Assembly (NCBI GenBank): GCA_963789465.1
Contig: CAWBLL010000003.1
Coordinates: forward strand, 55,187-119,186
Direction: 5' to 3'
DNA from: an uncultured Bacteroidales bacterium
Lineage (GTDB): Bacteria; Bacteroidota; Bacteroidia; Bacteroidales; VadinHA17
Length of the DNA: 64,000 bases
The notes below the pieces were generated by a model. The model did not search any database, had not been told where the DNA came from, and saw only the letters and a list, made by a program, of their open reading frames with translations. Positions within the stretch are counted from its first letter, which is position 1, and each line of letters opens with the position of its first letter. Below are positions 1 through 6,785 of this stretch, one piece after another. The position numbers were made by a program, and so were the translations under genes.

Positions 1-55
1 AGATCTTCGATGAACAGCCACCATATTCAACCATCTGAAGAAGATCTGTTTTCAT
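1..55 (-). CDS. selD: Selenide, water dikinase (SelD), 5' end only, truncated by the window edge
   Basis: Manual translation from ATG at 55 gives MKTDLLQMVEYGGCSSKI. GGCxxK resembles the SelD N-terminal catalytic Cys/Lys motif, and the ORF lies directly downstream of yedF. Not in the ORF track. Confidence 0.7.
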   Translation of the reverse strand, partial: MKTDLLQMVEYGGCSSKI

Positions 56-71
56 ATCTGAGGCTTTAAAA

Positions 72-683
72 TCAGGGACGTACAATTTTTCCTGCCGTAG
101 CCATCACCTCGGCTATAGTAAACATATTGCTCAGTGTTCCGGCACCTACCGAGTCGTCAAGTTTGTAGTAACTCACACAGGTTGCACACAATAGCAGCTC
201 CACTCCCATTCTCTCAAGATCAGTAAGATGATTAATCAATGAGGAAGTTTTTGTAACCAGCGTGACTCCCTTATTATAAAAGACCATCTTCCCGGGAAGT
301 TTATCAAGATCCTTGATTGCCTTTATGAAATTTGCCATAAGCAATTGTCCCAGTTCACTGTCACCCTCCCCCATCTTATCCGAAGTTATCACTACAATGA
401 AATCTCCTTTCTGAAAATGAGCTATTGAATCAGTGCAATAATCCTCTGCTTCGACAACGATGTCTCCCTGCGACCTGCTTATTGTGAGTGTCCATACTCC
501 TGCTGATTCGCTGGCGGTGAAGGGCGTATTATTATCCCTGAGAAAACGGCTGACATTATTGAATGAAATCCGATTGTCTACGATCAACTGAAATGATCCT
601 CCTTCGGGGGTATCCTTCAAAGCTCTTTTTGTGGCAATCAGAGGAGCAGGGCATAGCTGCCCTTTGGTATCAATTATTCTCAT
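72..683 (-). CDS. yedF: Sulfurtransferase-like selenium metabolism protein YedF (TusA + DsrE-like domains)
   Basis: N-terminal TusA motif IDTKGQLCPAP. C-terminal DsrE-like domain (DKMGEGDSELGQLLM, FYNKGV, LLCATC). Adjacent to selD. Confidence 0.85.
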   Translation of the reverse strand: MRIIDTKGQLCPAPLIATKRALKDTPEGGSFQLIVDNRISFNNVSRFLRDNNTPFTASESAGVWTLTISRSQGDIVVEAEDYCTDSIAHFQKGDFIVVITSDKMGEGDSELGQLLMANFIKAIKDLDKLPGKMVFYNKGVTLVTKTSSLINHLTDLERMGVELLLCATCVSYYKLDDSVGAGTLSNMFTIAEVMATAGKIVRP

Positions 684-706
684 CGGTCATAGATAAAAAT
701 GAGCTG

Positions 707-714
707 CAAAAGTA
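707..714 (-). promoter_or_regulatory. Bacteroidota -7 promoter element (TACTTTTG) upstream of yedF
   Basis: The minus strand matches TAnnTTTG about 24 nt upstream of the yedF start. Confidence 0.55.
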
Positions 715-731
715 GGAAGAATTGTTGAATA

Positions 732-892
732 GTTGAAAGGGTTGAAAGGGTTGAAGGTGTTGAAAGGGTTGAAAGGGTTGAAAGGGTTGAAAGGGTTGAA
801 AGGGTTGAAAGGGTTGAAGGGGTTGAAAGGGTTGAAAGGGTTGAAAGGGTTGAAAGGGTTGAAGGTGTTGAAAGGGTTGAAAGGGTTGAAAG
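732..892. repeat. 9-bp tandem repeat (GTTGAAAGG), about 18 copies
   Basis: Directly visible. Variant units are GTTGAAGGT (x2) and GTTGAAGGG (x1). No spacers. Confidence 0.97.
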
Positions 893-912
893 AGCCAGTG
901 AGTAGTGAACGG

Positions 913-941
913 TTCCCCTCCTTGGAGGGGTTAGGGGTGGG
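913..941. repeat. REP-like palindrome CCCCTCC-TT-GGAGGGG followed by TTAGGGGTGGG
   Basis: Perfect 7-bp inverted repeat at 915-930 plus a G-rich tail, just downstream of the NUDIX stop. Resembles dispersed CCCCTCC...GGAGGGG intergenic elements. Confidence 0.6.
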
Positions 942-956
942 TATAAACTTGTCCTG

Positions 957-1931
957 TTATGACAGACCAGCCAGCTTTTTAAGTATCTGTCTGCCCCTGG
1001 CAATGATTCCTGCAGATCCTTCAGCCTTAAGCATATTGATGCAGGCAATGAGTTCATTTCTCAGTTCCGGATATCGCAGAGCAAGTTTATACAGAATTTC
1101 CATCGAGTATGCTTTAATGGCAACCGCTGAAAACCCGGAATTTAACTGGCTGAAGCAGTGGTCAGCCAGGATTCCCTGGTGCTTTCTTTTTATTTTGTCC
1201 ATATCGGTAAAGGACAGAATGCGCAAAAAAGACCTCGCAACACTCTCATTATCCAGATTTCCCAAAGCATCAATTATTCTGTTCAGATGGGGATATATCA
1301 TATCCGGATTCAGGTCGCAGGCTTTTGACAGTGTCCATGATGCACGAAAAGCAAGTTTCTTCTCATCAGAAAAGGAGAATTTAAGCAGACTGGTGAATAT
1401 TGCCGGATTTTCTATTGCAGATACTGCTATCCATTCAGCCTCCTTCATGCTCATCATCCGGTTGACCATTGACTGAAGCTCCTCTTCATCAGAAACGATA
1501 CCTTCAGGAAGTGCGTCGTTACCAGGCTGACTTTTCTCATCAGAGGATAATTGTTCAAGATAATATTTCGCAACCTGAATATCGGCTTCAGAAAAATCAA
1601 CTGCAAGCAGCCCTTCTGCTGATATCCATCGGTACGCCAGGTGCTCTGAAAGAAACGGGAGTTCATCGAGGGTATCGCAAATGAAAGCAATAAGCCTGAT
1701 CCGTTTAAATCCATAGTCATGCTCAACATCCGGCAGCCTGCCAAGGATCACAACCTCCATTGACAACTCCTCCTCAACCTCCCTTAATATGCACTCTTCC
1801 TCTGTTTCTCCGTCCTGCAGCTTTCCTCCCGGGAATTCCCATTTAAAAGGATGATCGGTATAGCCGCTTCTCTGGACCACCAGGAGCTCCTCATCCTCGT
1901 TCCGGATTATAGCGCAGGTAACGTTTATCAT
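957..1931 (-). CDS. MutT-like NUDIX hydrolase fused to a C-terminal alpha-helical (HEAT/ARM-like) domain
   Basis: Nudix box WEFPGGKLQDGETEEECILREVEEEL in the first ~130 aa, then an acidic linker and a ~175-aa helical domain (AFRASWTL...VAIKAYSMEIL). Confidence 0.8.
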   Translation of the reverse strand: MINVTCAIIRNEDEELLVVQRSGYTDHPFKWEFPGGKLQDGETEEECILREVEEELSMEVVILGRLPDVEHDYGFKRIRLIAFICDTLDELPFLSEHLAYRWISAEGLLAVDFSEADIQVAKYYLEQLSSDEKSQPGNDALPEGIVSDEEELQSMVNRMMSMKEAEWIAVSAIENPAIFTSLLKFSFSDEKKLAFRASWTLSKACDLNPDMIYPHLNRIIDALGNLDNESVARSFLRILSFTDMDKIKRKHQGILADHCFSQLNSGFSAVAIKAYSMEILYKLALRYPELRNELIACINMLKAEGSAGIIARGRQILKKLAGLS

Positions 1932-1940
1932 ATTATCAGT

Positions 1941-2396
1941 TCAGAAATTAAGTTCTTCATATAGAGGAATAACCAGGAGATAATGCCAGTCCGTAAAATC
2001 ATCATTGAATTTGCAGGCATAATGCTTTATTCCGTTTGTTACAACAAGATACGGAACTTTGTATTTCATGTTGTAGGTAACGATCTGCTCAAAAACTTTC
2101 TCCTCAAGAGGAATTTCAGGAGCTTTGCATTCCACAATCATAACCGGCTTGCCTGAACGGTCATGAACCAGGATATCAGTTCGCTTTTTTAACTTATTGG
2201 CCGTATACAAAATCTCGATGCCAATCAGTCCCAGCGGATATTTACCCCTGTCAATGAGGTATTGTGCGAAGTTCTGTCTTACCCATTCCTCCGGAGTGAG
2301 CTTAACAAATTTTCTCCTCAGGGGATCCAGGATCATTTCCTCTCCCTCCTTCCCCCTGATATTAAAGGAATATTCCGGCAGGTTTAACTGTTTCAA
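1941..2396 (-). CDS. Stand-alone HsdR N-terminal (HSDR_N_2)-like PD-(D/E)xK domain protein
   Basis: Motifs LTPEEWVRQ, RTDIL, IVECKAP, QIVTYN, VTNG. Divergent from amn-holA. Confidence 0.85.
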   Translation of the reverse strand: MKQLNLPEYSFNIRGKEGEEMILDPLRRKFVKLTPEEWVRQNFAQYLIDRGKYPLGLIGIEILYTANKLKKRTDILVHDRSGKPVMIVECKAPEIPLEEKVFEQIVTYNMKYKVPYLVVTNGIKHYACKFNDDFTDWHYLLVIPLYEELNF

Positions 2397-2473
2397 CTTA
2401 GTTTTGTACTTTTGTCCTTAGTGCTCCCGTCAGTTGCAAATATATTGAGATAATTATTATCCATAAAGTACAT

Positions 2474-3244
2474 ATGAAGACCAAAGAGGAAATTGTTAAT
2501 AACTGGCTCCCGCGATATACCGGTAAGCCGATCGGTACTTTCGGCAAATATTTTCTTCTGACGAACTATCTCTATTATGTGGAGCTCTTTGCAAAATGGT
2601 GCAATGTCGATATTGAAGGGAAAGACAAGAACATGCCGAACGCCACTTCCGATGGGATAACCATAATAAATTTCGGAATGGGCAGCCCAAATGCAGCAAC
2701 AATAATGGATCTGTTGAGTGCCGTCAGCCCCAATGCAGTTCTTTTTCTTGGCAAATGCGGGGGACTGAAAAAGAAAAACACACTCGGAGACCTTATTCTG
2801 CCTATTGCTGCAATAAGAAGCGACGGTACATCAAATGACTACCTGCCAAGCGAGGTGCCTGCATTGCCGGCTTTCAAGCTTCAGAGCGCAATCTCTGCCA
2901 CAATAACAAGGTATAATAAAGAGTACTGGACTGGGACAGTTTATACTACCAACAGGAGAGTATGGGAATACGATGAAAGGTTCAAGAAATATCTGATGAA
3001 GACCAGAGCAATGGCAATTGATATGGAGACTGCAACAATTTTCTCGGTTGGCTTTGCAAATGAGATACCTACAGGAGCATTGCTGCTTGTATCTGACCAG
3101 CCTATGATTTCCACAGGCATAAAGACAGAGGAAAGCGATATGAAGGTCACACACGATCATGCCGAGACACACCTCAAGATAGGAATTGACGCTCTCAGGG
3201 AGATAATAGATAATGGCGTGTCTGTGAAACACCTTAAATTCTGA
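2474..3244 (+). CDS. amn: AMP nucleosidase (Bacteroidota type, PNP/UDP family)
   Basis: NWLPRYTG, FGMGSPNAAT, FLGKCGGL, TTNRRVWE and AIDMETAT motifs. Confidence 0.9.
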   Translation: MKTKEEIVNNWLPRYTGKPIGTFGKYFLLTNYLYYVELFAKWCNVDIEGKDKNMPNATSDGITIINFGMGSPNAATIMDLLSAVSPNAVLFLGKCGGLKKKNTLGDLILPIAAIRSDGTSNDYLPSEVPALPAFKLQSAISATITRYNKEYWTGTVYTTNRRVWEYDERFKKYLMKTRAMAIDMETATIFSVGFANEIPTGALLLVSDQPMISTGIKTEESDMKVTHDHAETHLKIGIDALREIIDNGVSVKHLKF

Positions 3245-3246
3245 TT

Positions 3247-4257
3247 ATGCCAGTCACTTTTGAAGAGATAATGTCAGACCTGAGAAACAGGATATTCAAG
3301 CCCGTTTATTTTCTCGCCGGAGAGGAACCATATTATATTGATCTCATCACAGAATACATCGCTGACAAGATACTGCCCGAGGATGAGAAATCTTTCAACC
3401 AGATGGTCCTATATGCCGATGATACCAATATCCCCTCCATAATCGATATAGCACGAAGGTTTCCGATGATGTCAAGTCACCAGGTGGTAATAATCAGGGA
3501 GGCCCAGTCACTTAAAAAAATTGATGAACTGGCCATATATGTCGAAAAACCCCTGGTGTCGACGATACTGGTTTTTAGCTACAAATACAAAACTCTTGAC
3601 AAGAGAACCAGGCTGTTCAAGATACTGGATAGCCACGGCGTATATTTTGAATCACAGAGGCTCCGTGATTACCAGATCCCGGGATGGATAGACAGATACC
3701 TTATGAAGAAAGGGATAAAGACAGATCCCAGCGCCAGCGCATTGCTTACGGAATATCTGGGTACCGACCTGCATAAGATTGCCAATGAACTGGACAAGCT
3801 GATCATTACCCTACCTGAAGGCAAACCTGTAATCACTTCATCTATCATTGAACAGAATATAGGCATCAGCAAGGACTATAATAATTTTGAGCTCCAAAAG
3901 GCGATAGGCGAGAAGAACATTTTAAAAGCCAACATGATAGTACGTTATTTTGGAGATAATCCCAGGGAAAATCCAATAACCCTGTCGCTGGCTTCCCTAT
4001 TTGGTTTTTTCAGTAAATTGCTTCTGTATCATTATCTTCCCGACAAGTCGAAGAACAATGTTGCAGCATCCTTAAAGGTAAACCCATTTTTTGTCAAAGA
4101 TTATGAGAGTGCCGCTGCCAGATACAATGTTAAAAAAACTGTTCTGATAATCAGCCTTCTCCGTACATTTGACATGAAGTCAAAGGGTTTTGGTGACCCG
4201 GGGACTGAACCCGGCGATTTGCTTAAAGAACTGGTATACAGAATACTGCATATTTAA
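3247..4257 (+). CDS. holA: DNA polymerase III subunit delta
   Basis: PVYFLAGEEPYYID, ARRFPMMS, NELDKL, IGISKDYNNFELQKA. Confidence 0.93.
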   Translation: MPVTFEEIMSDLRNRIFKPVYFLAGEEPYYIDLITEYIADKILPEDEKSFNQMVLYADDTNIPSIIDIARRFPMMSSHQVVIIREAQSLKKIDELAIYVEKPLVSTILVFSYKYKTLDKRTRLFKILDSHGVYFESQRLRDYQIPGWIDRYLMKKGIKTDPSASALLTEYLGTDLHKIANELDKLIITLPEGKPVITSSIIEQNIGISKDYNNFELQKAIGEKNILKANMIVRYFGDNPRENPITLSLASLFGFFSKLLLYHYLPDKSKNNVAASLKVNPFFVKDYESAAARYNVKKTVLIISLLRTFDMKSKGFGDPGTEPGDLLKELVYRILHI

Positions 4258-4275
4258 ATATCAGGTAAATCTCAT

Positions 4276-4866
4276 CTAATTCATCTCCGGGGAATCCGGG
4301 AAATCGGCCCAGATCCTGTACTTATTTTTAAAGCTGCGCAGGACTCTTTTCCAGGTATCATCTCCCCTGTTATTCATAATGATATCTGACTTTACCCTTG
4401 CTATTATCCATGAGTCTTCCTTTAGTTCACGCTCCAGCTGACCAGCAGACCAGCCTGAATAGCCAAGGAAGAACCGTATCTGAGAATGGTCGATTTTTCC
4501 TGTAAGGATCAGCTCTCTGATGGTGTCGATATCTCCCCCCCAGAAGACATTATCGGCAATAGCAATGCTGTTTGGGATAAGTTCTCCCTGATTGTGAAGG
4601 TAATGGAGGGTATCAGGTGCTACCGGGCCGCCCATATTGATATTCTCATTCCAGTTTTCAAATCCTGCAACAGCAGTACTGATGTTCAGGTCAAGCCTTT
4701 TGTTGAGAATGAAGCCAACGGAACCCTGAGTAGAGTGATCTGTAAGATAAACTATGCTCCGGTTAAAAAAAGTATCGGGTAGAAATGGTTCAGATACAAG
4801 GATCTTTCCCTTTTCCGGTATTTTGTCTTCAGGCATTATTCCAAACAGATCTATTTCCGACTCCAT
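4276..4866 (-). CDS. YqgE/AlgH family protein
   Basis: FNRSIVYL, GFILNK, GGPV, FFLGYSGWSAGQLERE. Start moved from 4932 (AT-rich leader) to ATG 4866. Confidence 0.9.
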   Translation of the reverse strand: MESEIDLFGIMPEDKIPEKGKILVSEPFLPDTFFNRSIVYLTDHSTQGSVGFILNKRLDLNISTAVAGFENWNENINMGGPVAPDTLHYLHNQGELIPNSIAIADNVFWGGDIDTIRELILTGKIDHSQIRFFLGYSGWSAGQLERELKEDSWIIARVKSDIIMNNRGDDTWKRVLRSFKNKYRIWADFPDSPEMN

Positions 4867-4974
4867 AATGAATAAATATTTATTGTATATATTACATATA
4901 ACAAAAATAATTAAGGAAATCCTTAACTTCAATTAAATATTGTCATATTTTTGCCCCGATTGATAATTAAGCTT

Positions 4975-6753
4975 ATGCAAAAAAGTACTTTACGTATTAT
5001 CGGGAACAAAGCTGTATTGAATATCCGCGAAAGGATGTGCGAAACAGAGGAGGAACTTCTGGCCAGCGATAAATTTCGGGCCGTTCTGGAGTATTGCCTT
5101 GAAAATCTGAAATCCAAGAGTTCACCCTTACTGGGTATTTTTGGAAAGAGTGAGCCCAGCAAAGAGTCAGTTGATAACCTCGTAAAAACATTAACCCTCC
5201 TGGTCAAATATGAGAGCAATCTTGCTCCACATATTTTTGACAAGTCCAAAATATTTCTGAAGGACCTTGACAGGCTGGGAAATTTTGTGGAATATCTTTA
5301 TGACTTCTGGCGTCATTTTGACAGATTTATTATCAACGATTCAGAAGGTGACCGGCTGGATAAACGGCCATACCGTACATTCAATGAGACGATTGAGCAG
5401 CTGACTCATCTGGTCCGGACTGTATACAGGCACATCCAGGAGAATATCACCGGAAGTCATCCGACTGTTTACCGTCAGATTCCTGCAGGTGGCGAGATAG
5501 CCGTAATATCGTTACCCAAAGATATTGCATACGTGGGTGAAAGATATAATAAACTGAAAAAGATCCCTGTCATACGACAGATGCTTATATATCCTCCGCT
5601 GGTCATACAGCAGCCGATGAACAAAAGGACGGGCCAGTTTAACAGGATCGAACAGAATCCGATTGACCTGGTTGATCTCAGGACCGGCGACTGGATATGC
5701 TACCCGACCAAGGTGGGCAAGCTTCTTATAATGGTATATTTCCATCTCGAGTTTTTCGAACTTGGCTTCTCAATGTGTAACCTTTTTCAGCTTGCCGATG
5801 ATAAGGATCTGGAAAGGAAACCTGATGCCTTATTCCTTTACGGGGTACCGGGTGATGTAATTGATGGCCTTGCAAAATATCCTACAGTATTTTTTGATGA
5901 CCAGGAGAACGGCATCTTTGTGGGAGCTATTCCGAACAGGCCTGAGTTCGGCTATTTCGGATATCTGAAAAAAATGGTTCTCACCCTCCATAACTCAATT
6001 ATAATGAAAAATGGAAACATGCCTTTCCATGGAGCTATGGTAAAGATCCTCCTGCAGGGAGACAAAGAGGCTACGATCCTGCTTATGGGAGATACCGGAG
6101 CCGGGAAGAGTGAGACACTCGAAGCATTCAGGGTACTGGGGGAAAAGCATATCCGTGAGCTGACAATTATTGCAGACGATATGGGATCAATAGAACTTGA
6201 CGAGGATGGCAATCCGATAGGTTATGGCACTGAGATCGGCGCATTCCTGCGTCTCGACGACCTGCAGCCGGGGTATGCCTTCGGACATCTCGACAGATCG
6301 ATCATTTTCAATCCCAGCCAGGTGAATGCACGAATAGTATTTCCGGTTACAAGGTTTGAGACGATAATTCAGGGACATAAGATCGATTATATTCTCTACG
6401 CCAACAATTATGAGGAGATTGACAGCGAACATCCTGCAATAGAAAGGTTCAGCTCCGTGGAATGGGCCCTCGATATCTTCAGAGAGGGTGCAGTGATGAG
6501 CAAGGGAACCACGACTTCAAGCGGACTGGTACATTCATACTTTGCAAATATTTTTGGACCTCCGGAGTACAAGTGCATTCATGAAGAGATCGCCGAGAGG
6601 TTCTTTACAGCATTCTTTAAAAAAGATGTTTTCGTAGGACAGATGAGAACAAGGCTCGGTATTCCGGGTTATGAATCAACCGGACCCAAGGAGACAGCAC
6701 TTGAACTGCTTAAGGTGATAGGAGTAACAGAGAGTCAGTCGGTTATTTCCTGA
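4975..6753 (+). CDS. Divergent phosphoenolpyruvate carboxykinase-like P-loop protein
   Basis: GYFGYLKK, PFHGAM, Walker A GDTGAGKSET, IIADDMG and NARIVFP occur in PEPCK motif order. A TATTTTTG -7 element at 4946-4953 supports the ATG at 4975. Confidence 0.7.
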   Translation: MQKSTLRIIGNKAVLNIRERMCETEEELLASDKFRAVLEYCLENLKSKSSPLLGIFGKSEPSKESVDNLVKTLTLLVKYESNLAPHIFDKSKIFLKDLDRLGNFVEYLYDFWRHFDRFIINDSEGDRLDKRPYRTFNETIEQLTHLVRTVYRHIQENITGSHPTVYRQIPAGGEIAVISLPKDIAYVGERYNKLKKIPVIRQMLIYPPLVIQQPMNKRTGQFNRIEQNPIDLVDLRTGDWICYPTKVGKLLIMVYFHLEFFELGFSMCNLFQLADDKDLERKPDALFLYGVPGDVIDGLAKYPTVFFDDQENGIFVGAIPNRPEFGYFGYLKKMVLTLHNSIIMKNGNMPFHGAMVKILLQGDKEATILLMGDTGAGKSETLEAFRVLGEKHIRELTIIADDMGSIELDEDGNPIGYGTEIGAFLRLDDLQPGYAFGHLDRSIIFNPSQVNARIVFPVTRFETIIQGHKIDYILYANNYEEIDSEHPAIERFSSVEWALDIFREGAVMSKGTTTSSGLVHSYFANIFGPPEYKCIHEEIAERFFTAFFKKDVFVGQMRTRLGIPGYESTGPKETALELLKVIGVTESQSVIS

Positions 6754-6785
6754 AAAGATTCAATCAGCTGCTTGAACTCTGAAGT

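Noticed and set aside
732-892. CRISPR array (GTTGAAAG resembles CRISPR repeat ends)
   Set aside because: The units are 9 bp and contiguous, with no unique spacers and no cas genes nearby.
733-1476. ORF with (LKG)n N-terminus, and the antisense (STL)n ORF at 680-1057
   Set aside because: Both arise from a stop-free 9-bp repeat and overlap the NUDIX gene. No family motifs.
1941-2396. Type I restriction-modification or defence system
   Set aside because: Only a stand-alone HsdR-N domain. No hsdM, hsdS or helicase, and the context is housekeeping.
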